Shown here piece after piece: positions 9,399 through 17,602 of a DNA stretch of 54,318 nt (position 1 is its first letter; each line of letters opens with the position of its first letter). Under the pieces are notes generated by a model. The model saw nothing but the letters and a program-made list of their open reading frames with translations. It searched no databases and had not been told where the DNA came from. Position numbers and translations under genes: made by a program. The stretch lies in IMG/VR virus record IMGVR_UViG_3300009661_000074, positions 1 through 54,318 of that record, one strand, 5' to 3'. This DNA is from a virus. Taxonomy: Duplodnaviria; Caudoviricetes.

Positions 9399-9703
9399 CT
9401 GTTTGCTTGTACAAACGCCGCCGTATGTGACAAGCCTGATCCGGCGCGCTGCTGACGAGCACCGGTTATTTGAAGTTCACATGGCTGCAAATCCTCTTTT
9501 CATTCGCTCACTGGGTTGGCAGTGGCCACCGGGGTAGGGGAGTGATGCAGGGGGCCGCGGTCGCGGTGTGGACTCTTCCGCATCGGTCAGATGCCAGGCG
9601 CGGGTGACCAAACCCAGCCGTGAGACTGGCCTGGCATCTGCCGATGCGGCCTGGGGAACCAGGAATCAGGCTTTGTCGGCTGTGCTGCCGTGGCGCTGGT
9701 TGT

Positions 9704-10123
9704 TCAGTCGCTGCTGCTGGAGCTGGACGAGCTGCTGTCGCTCGATGAACAGCTCGAGCTGTCACTGCTGCTCGAGCTGCTATAACTGTCGCTGCTGCTG
9801 TACCCGTGGCATGAAGATCTGGTCGGCTCGTCATAGGAGGTGGTGTTAGCGAACGAATTCAGCGGATTGAGCGGATGAAGCGGGCTGCTGATTCCGCTGT
9901 CAGTGTTTCGCCGTTCTGACGTGTCACCCGTTCGTGGCGAGCTGCCTCGGCGAATCGGCGGCGGGGATGGTGGCGGCGGTGGTGGCGGCGGTGGTGCGCT
10001 CCGCACTACAGCGGTTGTGCGCGGCACCGGGGCAGCCGCACTGGCCTTCGGCGCCGCCGGTGGGTCTGATTTCTTCACTGCGGGTGGCCTACGGCCGAAT
10101 AGCCTGGCCAGGAACTTGAACAT
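9704..10123 (-). CDS. Pro-rich protein with a Ser-rich low-complexity C-terminus
   Basis: MFKFLARLFGRR start after GAGG; poly-Pro; SSSDS repeats at C-terminus. Confidence 0.65.
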   Translation of the reverse strand: MFKFLARLFGRRPPAVKKSDPPAAPKASAAAPVPRTTAVVRSAPPPPPPPPPSPPPIRRGSSPRTGDTSERRNTDSGISSPLHPLNPLNSFANTTSYDEPTRSSCHGYSSSDSYSSSSSSDSSSCSSSDSSSSSSSSSD

Positions 10124-10180
10124 TCTGTCGCCCTCGGTTGATTTCCCGTCTGACCCTGTCGCCAAGGCAAGTCGGTGAAA

Positions 10181-10483
10181 TCAGATAACCGCGGTCATCG
10201 TTTTCGAGCCGTCGCGATGGGTAGTTGTAATCATCATTGGCGCAGCTCGACCAGCGCGTCTGATGTGCGCATTGGCCTCCGCAAAAATTTGGTTCTGCTT
10301 GCCATCACCATCAGGCAGAAGAGTGCTGCACAACAGCGCAGAACAATCCTCACCATTAGGGCCTTCACCGTCGTGTGCAATGTCAAAACTCGCGATCATC
10401 GCTATGCCGTGCTCTCTGGTGATGGCGATGATTTGCTGCATCAGCGGGCTGATCTGCTCGTCGTAGACCTGTTCTTTGTTCAT
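10181..10483 (-). CDS. Hypothetical phage protein
   Basis: MNKEQVYDEQISPLMQQII; GAGG RBS. Confidence 0.75.
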   Translation of the reverse strand: MNKEQVYDEQISPLMQQIIAITREHGIAMIASFDIAHDGEGPNGEDCSALLCSTLLPDGDGKQNQIFAEANAHIRRAGRAAPMMITTTHRDGSKTMTAVI

Positions 10484-10554
10484 GTGTTGCCTCTTGATAC
10501 TGCTGGCTGAGGTTTCACTGCTTCCGTTTGAAGCAGCATCAGTGAATCGCCGAG

Positions 10555-10698
10555 TTAGGCCGCACATCCCATGGCTTTACCCAGCCCCGCAAGAACAAAA
10601 CCTGCGCAGTTAAATAAACCAACTACGAAGATGAATATCGCCGCTCCGGTGAGCACTCCAACCCCAGCTGCTTTCGCCATTCCCCAGTGGTTTCCCAT
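10555..10698 (-). CDS. Small hydrophobic membrane peptide (47 aa)
   Basis: AAGGA RBS; long hydrophobic stretch. Confidence 0.55.
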   Translation of the reverse strand: MGNHWGMAKAAGVGVLTGAAIFIFVVGLFNCAGFVLAGLGKAMGCAA

Positions 10699-10915
10699 AT
10701 GAATTTCCTTCTTTGATTTCCCAATACACCCGGGCAACCAGGTGCATTGGCGAAACGCTCGGTAAAGCCCCAGGCCCGCTACTGGCGTCGGTCATAGGTT
10801 TGAATCAGATGTGGTCGCCTGTTTTTACAGGGGCAGGCTCCCTGTTTCCTCGCTTTCCACAGTCGAGGGAAATCGCTAGGATCTTGGATCCACAGTCGAA
10901 AAAAGGAAGTTTTCA

Positions 10916-11200
10916 ATGCCGAAATATTTGGTGCGCGTTGAGCTATTTCACGCGAAGGGTGACGACTACAGCGCCCTGCATGAGGGGATGGCATCTTTAG
11001 GGCTTGATCGCACAGCCACTTTTGATGATGGGAAAAAATACAAACTTCCGACAGGGACTTACTTGGGCGAAAACGCATCAAGCCAAGTGCAACTTCGAGA
11101 CAAGGTTTGCAAGGCTGCAAACCCTCACTCACCCCACAAGGATGCAGCCGTTTTCGTCTGTCAGGCTGATGGCTGGTCCGCATGGCTGTATGCCGATTGA
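10916..11200 (+). CDS. GhoS/DUF2622-like small protein (opposite-strand moron)
   Basis: YLVRVEL..DY..LH..M...G..R...DDGKKYKLPTGTY pattern; AAGGA RBS. Confidence 0.7.
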   Translation: MPKYLVRVELFHAKGDDYSALHEGMASLGLDRTATFDDGKKYKLPTGTYLGENASSQVQLRDKVCKAANPHSPHKDAAVFVCQADGWSAWLYAD

Positions 11201-11361
11201 GCTGAGTCGCCTGCGCGACCCTCTCCCTTAGGGATGCAGTCAATCGCGTGATACTTGGCAATCCCCAGCACTCGCTCGAAGGCGGCATCGAAATCGGTGC
11301 CGCTTATCTCCGCAACCTCTTGAACTAGATCTTGAATCTGCTTTTCCTGGCTTTCGTTCAT
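11161..11361 (-). CDS. Hypothetical protein, first gene of the leftward operon
   Basis: 66 aa; GGAG/AAGGA RBS after a hairpin. Confidence 0.55.
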   Translation of the reverse strand: MNESQEKQIQDLVQEVAEISGTDFDAAFERVLGIAKYHAIDCIPKGEGRAGDSAQSAYSHADQPSA

Positions 11362-11885
11362 TTCCTTTCTCCGGTTTGATTTCCCTGATACCCCTCGCGA
11401 GAAGGGCATCGAGGAAATCTGTTGTTGCCCAGGCCCGCTACTGGCGACGGCCTGGGTTTGTTGCGTCAGCGGTGGTGGTGCTTCTGGTGCCTAATCCCCG
11501 CTGCTGATGGCAGGTTTCGGTTGTCGTGTGCGGCGGCGGGCTTCCCTGGTCACTCCAGCTTGATCAGCAGCGTTGCCGGTGTGGTCGTCGGGTATCTACA
11601 ACATGCGGCATACAGCCCTGTGCCTGGGTAGTTCGATTGGCACACCGCATGAGGTCCGGCGCTCCTCTTAGCCGAGGCTCGGAGCGCTAATTCGATTCGT
11701 TGTTCTCCCTTCTGCCGCTGGGATTCGCGGGGCACATTGCTTACCGGGTCGTTCTCGCAGTTCTGGCATGTCGCCATCGATCAGCCGTCCAGGGTTCTCC
11801 CTGTCGTGGGCAGGCTTTCCTCGTTCGCCTGTCTGATCGCCGGTCGCCGGTAGAGGCAATGCGGTCTGTTGTGTGTTGCCTTGGC

Positions 11886-11897
11886 TTTTAAAGAGCG
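11886..11897 (-). promoter_or_regulatory. boxA-like antitermination element
   Basis: Minus strand CGCTCTTTAAAA shortly downstream of the predicted pL; matches the lambdoid/rrn boxA consensus. Confidence 0.75.
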
Positions 11898-11959
11898 TTT
11901 CGGTTTCCCGAGGCTGTTGAGTGCCTACCGAGTTCCTGCGTAGTGGCTCGACGGGTACA

Positions 11960-12003
11960 AATATGAACTATAGGTTCAAATATAGTCAAGTACCAAAAGT
12001 ACA
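11960..12003 (-). promoter_or_regulatory. pL promoter with two OL operators
   Basis: -35 TTGACT (11984-11989, minus) and -10-like CATATT; operators TGAAC-N5-GTTCA (11964-11978) and AGTAC-N5-GTACA (11989-12003). Confidence 0.75.
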
Positions 12004-12096
12004 TATTTTGAAAGTGGTACAGAAACATGAAACATGTCGACGGCAGTCGTAGGGGGATTTACCGCGAACCGACGGTTCGTTATGATTTTGCTGTTA

Positions 12097-12112
12097 CTGG
12101 ATAAATATACAG
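12097..12112 (+). promoter_or_regulatory. LexA (SOS) box
   Basis: CTGGATAAATATACAG fits CTG-N10-CAG, just before the DUF1654 start. Confidence 0.85.
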
Positions 12113-12127
12113 TTATAGGGGGGTGAA

Positions 12128-12448
12128 ATGACTAAGTCGCAAAAGCAGGCAAAACCAGCAGGGCGTCAGGAGATAAGCGGGGTAGAGAGGCTGGGGTTAC
12201 GCGTATCGTCGATGATCAATCACCCGATTGCTCAGGAGCGCCGCTGGGCGAGGATTCACCGGCTCGATACCGACGGGGACCGAGAGTGGGATGAGGTGAT
12301 GGGTGTACTATCTGCAACGGACGGTATTGACCTGATCTTCAACGACGAGGATGAATCAGTGACACTGCGGTGGGAAGCTGATCCTGACGCGGAATGCCCG
12401 ACAGAAGTAGAGGATGCATTTGAGGCGGAGGAGGTGGCGCCTTTCTGA
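12128..12448 (+). CDS. DUF1654 family protein
   Basis: ERLGLRVSSMINHPIAQ..IHRLDTDGDREW..VTLRWE. Confidence 0.82.
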   Translation: MTKSQKQAKPAGRQEISGVERLGLRVSSMINHPIAQERRWARIHRLDTDGDREWDEVMGVLSATDGIDLIFNDEDESVTLRWEADPDAECPTEVEDAFEAEEVAPF

Positions 12449-12504
12449 GCGCCAGAACGCAAAAGCCCGGCAAGGGAGGCCAGGCTTTTAGGTGATGCTT
12501 TAGA

Positions 12505-12924
12505 TCAATGGATAAATTTGGCGGCCGTGAACGCTAGGCCTGCCAAAACTCCGGCCACACTGATGAATTTCCAGGTTTGATCATTCATGGATTTTTGCAC
12601 ATCAGTGATGGATTTCTGAAAGGTTACGGCGAGATCTTGAATGTCTTTTCCGGTGGATCGGATGAACCCATTCAGATCATCTTTCGAAGCTAAGCCTGCG
12701 AGATCAACTTTGGTCGCCATATTCGCGTCGATACCTTCAAGTCGCATTTCTATGCGCACAAGCTTCTCCCGTATTTCCGGGATTGCGTTCTCGAGAGCCG
12801 CTATGCGAGCCTCCATATCGCCACCTCCACCATTTCCGCCAGTATGGTTTCCTCCGCCTCCTTTGTCACCGGCCTTGAGGGTCCATTCGTTTCTAAGCTG
12901 ATGAACGTTGTCATCCTTACTCAT
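12505..12924 (-). CDS. Coiled-coil protein with a C-terminal transmembrane helix
   Basis: Gly-rich linker, MEARIAALE heptads, ATKxDL repeats, terminal hydrophobic segment; start overlaps upstream stop. Confidence 0.7.
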   Translation of the reverse strand: MSKDDNVHQLRNEWTLKAGDKGGGGNHTGGNGGGGDMEARIAALENAIPEIREKLVRIEMRLEGIDANMATKVDLAGLASKDDLNGFIRSTGKDIQDLAVTFQKSITDVQKSMNDQTWKFISVAGVLAGLAFTAAKFIH

Positions 12925-13189
12925 CTGACGGACCCTGGCCTGTTGCTTCTTCGACTTTTTGGTGAGCAAGTTCAAGCGATTTGATAATCTCATCCAGCTT
13001 TTTATAAACTGTGTCGCCTTCGACTTGAAGCTCTTCAATACCTGAGTTTCTCAGAGCCGTTGATACACTAATCATGCACGAACCAAGCCCCGCAATGGCG
13101 TCATTGTAGGGCTCAAGAATCGTAAGGAAGGTTCGCATTGTCATGAACTTGTCACTGGGATCAACATCCTTGCTCATAACGTCCCTCAT
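12917..13189 (-). CDS. Hypothetical acidic helical protein downstream of cI
   Basis: 90 aa ORF coupled to 12505-12924. Confidence 0.62.
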   Translation of the reverse strand: MRDVMSKDVDPSDKFMTMRTFLTILEPYNDAIAGLGSCMISVSTALRNSGIEELQVEGDTVYKKLDEIIKSLELAHQKVEEATGQGPSDE

Positions 13190-13271
13190 TTTAGAAAAAA
13201 TATGGTGGTCGCAAGAGAGGACAGTTGAGCTACCTCCCTCACAAAATCACGTTCGCGTCATTTGACTTGGC

Positions 13272-14144
13272 CTACAGCAGATGCGCACTCCATACGAGCA
13301 GGATGCGGGCCTGAATGTAGGTTTCTTCCGCCCAAATATCCTCGGGAGGATGCATGCTGTTGTCGGACAGCATCTTGTACTTGCCCTTTCCTTTTCTTTG
13401 CAGGCGCTTGATGTACTCAAAGCCCTGATAGGAAAACAGGTAAATTCCGTCGCCGACGAATTCACGAATGCTGATATCCACCAGCAGCGGGTCGCCGTGC
13501 TTGATGGTTGGGGTCATCGACTGCCCCCATCCGGTAACCATCTTCAAGTGGTAGTGCTCTTTGAACTCGACGCCCATCGCTCGGAGCTGGGAAGGGCTGA
13601 TGCGAACGTCTTGTAACATCTCGGGGTAGTCATGCGTTACCTCGCCGCCGCCCATGGCGCCTCGGATGTCGTAGTGAGCGATCCATACCTCATCCCCGAC
13701 TTTTCCGGGGCGCGAGAAGTCGCCGACGATCATGTTGTTCGCTTTCGCCTCCGCAGCATCTTGGGCAGCCTCGGTAATTTTCACCTTTGCTTCGTCGGAG
13801 AGGCCGTTGCCGTACTTGGCAAGCATGGCGCGAACCAGTTCGGCGGCTGATTTTGGCTCTTCAACCCTGAGCTGATCATCGGCACCGATCTCGTCCTTCA
13901 ACGGGTACTCGGCCGAGCCAAATTGAAGCCACTCAATCTTCACGCTCAGGAAGTCGGCTATAGCCCGCATTTTCGCAGGGCCTGGCATTGACTCGCCATT
14001 GAGCCACTTACTGGCCGCCTTCGGTGTCACCTTCGTCACTTCCGCCAGGCGAGCGCCCGCTCCCCATTCATCAACACCCTTGGAACTCAAGGATTGTTTA
14101 AGGCGGCGAACGAAAGCGGCGCGAATATCTTCTATGTGAACCAT
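13272..14144 (-). CDS. cI: CI-like repressor (XRE HTH + S24 peptidase)
   Basis: HTH ARLAEVTKVTPKAASKWLNG; AMG cleavage-type motif, QSM Ser and IKRL Lys; divergent from cro; likely start ATG 14144. Confidence 0.93.
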   Translation of the reverse strand: MVHIEDIRAAFVRRLKQSLSSKGVDEWGAGARLAEVTKVTPKAASKWLNGESMPGPAKMRAIADFLSVKIEWLQFGSAEYPLKDEIGADDQLRVEEPKSAAELVRAMLAKYGNGLSDEAKVKITEAAQDAAEAKANNMIVGDFSRPGKVGDEVWIAHYDIRGAMGGGEVTHDYPEMLQDVRISPSQLRAMGVEFKEHYHLKMVTGWGQSMTPTIKHGDPLLVDISIREFVGDGIYLFSYQGFEYIKRLQRKGKGKYKMLSDNSMHPPEDIWAEETYIQARILLVWSAHLL

Positions 14145-14208
14145 ACGTTCACTATCGCATGCGCTTGCATGTACTTTCAGTTCCGACATAATATGTACCG
14201 TAAGTTCA
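14137..14208. promoter_or_regulatory. OR region: three operators and pR
   Basis: TGAAC-N5-GTTCA 14137-14151, TGTAC-N5-GTTCC 14170-14184, TGTAC-N5-GTTCA 14194-14208; TTGCAT (14165)..CATAAT (14187). Confidence 0.8.
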
Positions 14209-14227
14209 TATATGACCCGGAGGCCCT

Positions 14228-14467
14228 ATGCGGCCGCTCAAGAAATCGATTGAAGATGCTGGTGGTGTAGCGGCCGTGGCCCTGGCCTGCGGAAAAACTC
14301 CGCGAGCCATCTACAAATGGCTTGTAGCTGACGCGCTCCCGCGCACCGAGTACACCGGCGAAACCCAATACGCCCAGAAGATCGCTGAAATGGCCGCCCT
14401 AAATGGCAAGCCATTCAAACCCGCCTGGCTGCTTGCCGAAGCGCACCCTAAGAAAACAGCCGCCTAA
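14228..14467 (+). CDS. cro: Cro-like repressor
   Basis: 79 aa HTH ([20 protein letters not shown]); GGAGG RBS; divergent from cI. Confidence 0.85.
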   Translation: MRPLKKSIEDAGGVAAVALACGKTPRAIYKWLVADALPRTEYTGETQYAQKIAEMAALNGKPFKPAWLLAEAHPKKTAA

Positions 14468-14497
14468 CCCATTCATCAGCCACAAGGAGCATCACCC

Positions 14498-14692
14498 ATG
14501 AGCAAAGAGCCACCAACCGTCTACAAGCACGAAAACGAAACCAAGGTCCGTCTCGATGATGACTACGAAGCTGCCCTGGTTGGCTTGGCGAAAGTCCACC
14601 GCACTCGTAAAGCAGTGCTGGCCCGCGAAGCACTTGAATCGTGGATCGACGGCATGAGGGAAGAGCTTAAGCGAAATACCCATGTGGCCTGA
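14498..14692 (+). CDS. Small RHH-like regulator at the cII position
   Basis: TKVRLDDD..KAVLARE; AAGGAG RBS. Confidence 0.65.
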   Translation: MSKEPPTVYKHENETKVRLDDDYEAALVGLAKVHRTRKAVLAREALESWIDGMREELKRNTHVA

Positions 14693-14721
14693 AGGCCCTC
14701 TTGAGTCCCTCCGGAGGGCCT

Positions 14722-14916
14722 ATGCCTACCAGCGAAAGAGAAATGACCGTTGGCGAACTGGTCGATGGTGATGATCTGGAATTTTTGAAGGTGCTGGCAG
14801 CAGAGCGGGGCGTAACTGTTCCAGAGCTGATCAAGGAAGGGATTCAGCATGTCATTGCAAAGAGAACACGGCCTAAGCCGATGAAGGGAGCGCTCCAAGC
14901 ATTTCGTCGAAGTTGA
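14722..14916 (+). CDS. Small hypothetical protein (possible RHH)
   Basis: GGAGG RBS before ATG 14722. Confidence 0.6.
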   Translation: MPTSEREMTVGELVDGDDLEFLKVLAAERGVTVPELIKEGIQHVIAKRTRPKPMKGALQAFRRS

Positions 14917-14946
14917 GTCGTAACCCAATCGTTACAGGAGATAGAA

Positions 14947-15519
14947 ATGGCAACACTACTGATCCCCAGCCAGCATCTGCAGTTACAAACAAAAATTCGT
15001 GAAATCGCCATAGAGGCCATTGGGCGGACAGTACGTGGCAATCCTTCTGACGCGGCTGCTCAGCTATTGAAAGGTATCGCGATCCTGGACGGGGTCAGCG
15101 CGCCATTTCTGATCTGGCCCCAAACCCTTTCTCCTGATGAGCAGATCCAATTTCTTGAATTGGAACTGAAAAAAACGCGCGACGGGGAGCGGTTCATTAC
15201 GGATAAGAGCGCGGATGCAGAAGACGCTGGCTGTGAATTGGCCCCAAAGCTAGACCCGCTCAAAACGAAGGCCGCTGTGGTCGAACCGAAACTTCCTGAT
15301 CAGGCTCTCCCCAGTCCTGTAGACGCCGTCAGATCACCGAGACCAGCAGAGATTGAAACCCTCCAGGCGCTGCTTTCTGAATCGTTGATTGAGGTGTGGG
15401 AGCAAGTCCCGGAAAAACTGACGGCCACGGCAGCTGCATTTGGGATGGCCGTCAGGGTTGCTTTTGACGAACTCTACGGCCCTGTTACGGCAGTTTCTCC
15501 ACCAATTTTTTCAGGTTGA
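14947..15519 (+). CDS. Hypothetical protein
   Basis: 190 aa; AGGAG RBS. Confidence 0.6.
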   Translation: MATLLIPSQHLQLQTKIREIAIEAIGRTVRGNPSDAAAQLLKGIAILDGVSAPFLIWPQTLSPDEQIQFLELELKKTRDGERFITDKSADAEDAGCELAPKLDPLKTKAAVVEPKLPDQALPSPVDAVRSPRPAEIETLQALLSESLIEVWEQVPEKLTATAAAFGMAVRVAFDELYGPVTAVSPPIFSG

Positions 15520-15730
15520 TTTTTTCTGGCTTTTTCTTGGAGGTATCTGATGGCGCGGGCGATTTCGGCAACTTGTAGTGCTGGTGAAGTTGAGCCTCAA
15601 CATCACCCAAAAGAGCGTTATCGAGAGTCAGGCGATCTTTTTGGAGTTTAAGCAGTTCCGGCGGGAAATAACCGCCCGCAATAAGTGCGTTAAGTGTTTC
15701 CCGAGCGTACTCGGCAGATTTATCAGTCAT
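15485..15730 (-). CDS. Hypothetical protein (opposite strand)
   Basis: 81 aa from MTDKSAEY; convergent overlap with the preceding ORF. Confidence 0.45.
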   Translation of the reverse strand: MTDKSAEYARETLNALIAGGYFPPELLKLQKDRLTLDNALLGDVEAQLHQHYKLPKSPAPSDTSKKKPEKINLKKLVEKLP

Positions 15731-15867
15731 GTCCGGCCCCCAAGGCCTTCGTTTGTGGAAATTCGAAACTACCACGGATGCGCCGGACGCCCATAACGCC
15801 TGAATCGCAGGCATAAAAAAACCGGGATTGCGGCCCGGCTTCTTCAACAACACTTGTGAGGTCGATT

Positions 15868-16623
15868 ATGCACACGATACCCACCCCGATCAATAGCAAG
15901 TCTGATTCGCCCGCGTCGCCTTACTCGCGAACCTCGGCGTGCCAGGTCATGTCGTCACGTGAAATTGGCGACCTGACCGGCAGCAGCCACGACAACGTAC
16001 TCAAGACCATCAGATCACTGATCCAAAAGGGGGTCGTTTCTTCGAACGAGACCCCCTATGTGCATCCGCAAAACGGTCAGACCTACTCAGAATTCCTGCT
16101 CTCGTACCGCGACACTATGGTTGTGGTCTCCGGGTACAGCGTTGAGTTACGGGCCAAGATCATTGATCGCTGGCAGGAGCTGGAGGCCAGGGTGATAGGG
16201 CAGTTGCAAATACCAACCAGCTTTGCGGAAGCATTGCGCCTTGCGGCCGACCAGGCAGAACAGAATCAGCAACTGCGGCAGGTTGTTCAACAGCAGGCAC
16301 CAAAGGTTGCGGCGATACAGCGTCTGGCTGCTGCTGGCGGTGCGATCTGCATCAGCGATGCGGCCAAACAACTGCAGGTCAAGCCCGCTCAGTTGTTCAC
16401 CTGGCTACAGCAAAACAAGTGGATTTTTCACCGTGGCGGCTCCACTCGCTGGATCGCCTTTCAGCCTCGCATCAACGCCGGCCTGATGGTTCACAAGGTG
16501 ACGGCTCTCAAGCCGGACGAAGAGACCGGCGCCGATCGCGCTGCGTTTCAGCCTCTCATCACCCCAAAGGGGCTGGCCCTACTGGCCGAGAAGAATTTGG
16601 CCGCCCTGGTCAAGAAGGTCTGA
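15868..16623 (+). CDS. Rha-family regulator fused to a KilAC/ANT antirepressor domain
   Basis: MSSREI..HDNVL..GYSVELRAKIIDRWQELE; PTSFAEALRLAAD; ITPKGL. Confidence 0.88.
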   Translation: MHTIPTPINSKSDSPASPYSRTSACQVMSSREIGDLTGSSHDNVLKTIRSLIQKGVVSSNETPYVHPQNGQTYSEFLLSYRDTMVVVSGYSVELRAKIIDRWQELEARVIGQLQIPTSFAEALRLAADQAEQNQQLRQVVQQQAPKVAAIQRLAAAGGAICISDAAKQLQVKPAQLFTWLQQNKWIFHRGGSTRWIAFQPRINAGLMVHKVTALKPDEETGADRAAFQPLITPKGLALLAEKNLAALVKKV

Positions 16624-16624
16624 C

Positions 16625-17602
16625 ATGCAATTCACCGTCACTATTAATCAGGCGAAGGCGTTGGAGTGGGGCTTGAACTCACAACAAGCGTTGCTGTTCG
16701 CCTTCGTTTACGAATGCCCAAGTTGGGCCAATCCGATAAAGACGGAAACGGGTATCTACTTCGCGCTGAGCAAGGCCAAGATCGTTGAAGAAGTGCCCTT
16801 GCTCACCGACAAACCAGACACCGCCTACCGCCTTTTGAAAGCTCTCAGCGATGCCGGCCTTATTGAGCTTTCCAGTACCTCGAGCATCACTCTGGTCCGT
16901 CTCACCGAGAAGGCTAAAGAGTGGAATCGCAAGCTGGATGGGTCGGAAAAATATCCGACCTCAGATACGGGTAGTGGTCGGAAAAAAATCCGATCTACCT
17001 CGGAAAAATCTCCGAGCAAGGTCGGAAAAAAATCCGATTCAGGGTCGGAAAAATCTCCGACAAATCAGGGTACCAATAATCAGGGTACCAATCAGGTAAC
17101 CAGTAATCAGGGTTTGCAGGACGGCGCGGACGAGCCGCCCCAGCCTGGAGGATTGGTGTTGGTTGTGGATCGCGCTGAGGCACCACGGGTTGAGATTCCT
17201 GCGGATATGCCAGGCCCCAAGGACCAGACCTGCAAAACTTTCAAGGTCTGGGCGAACTACGCAATGGCGTACCGCAAGTTCTACAAAACCTGGCCGGTAT
17301 GGAACGCCAAGGTCGGCGGCCAATTGGGCCAGCTTGTTGATCGCCTCGGCGCCGACGTCGCCCACCATGTGGCCGCCCACTACCTGAAAAACAGCGATGC
17401 AGGCGTTGTGCGCAAGTGCCACAGCATCAACGAGTTGCTGGCCAACGCCGAGAGCTACCACACCCAGTGGGCTACCAACCGCCAGATGAACGGCGCCACT
17501 GCTCGCCAGATGGAGAATACCCAGGCCAACGCCAACACCGCGGAAGCGGCCAAGGCGATGGTTCTTGAGGAGGGGCGGCAGAATGCTTTCCTCCGCCGAT
17601 AA
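16625..17602 (+). CDS. Phage replication initiation protein (O-like)
   Basis: MQFTVTINQAKALEWGLN N-terminal wHTH-type region; internal iterons. Confidence 0.85.
   Translation: MQFTVTINQAKALEWGLNSQQALLFAFVYECPSWANPIKTETGIYFALSKAKIVEEVPLLTDKPDTAYRLLKALSDAGLIELSSTSSITLVRLTEKAKEWNRKLDGSEKYPTSDTGSGRKKIRSTSEKSPSKVGKKSDSGSEKSPTNQGTNNQGTNQVTSNQGLQDGADEPPQPGGLVLVVDRAEAPRVEIPADMPGPKDQTCKTFKVWANYAMAYRKFYKTWPVWNAKVGGQLGQLVDRLGADVAHHVAAHYLKNSDAGVVRKCHSINELLANAESYHTQWATNRQMNGATARQMENTQANANTAEAAKAMVLEEGRQNAFLRR
16943..17113. repeat. Replication origin: five 16-bp iterons plus AATCAGG repeats
   Basis: TCGGAAAAAWMTCCGA at 16943, 16978, 17000, 17022, 17045, then four AATCAGG-containing repeats. Confidence 0.85.

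Noticed and set aside
9293-11450. CRISPR array or integron attC array
   Set aside because: Repeats are short or structural rather than identical and regularly spaced; no cas or integron integrase; no clear attC boxes seen
11760-11850. Hammerhead ribozyme
   Set aside because: Three-way junction lacks the CUGAUGA core in the required position
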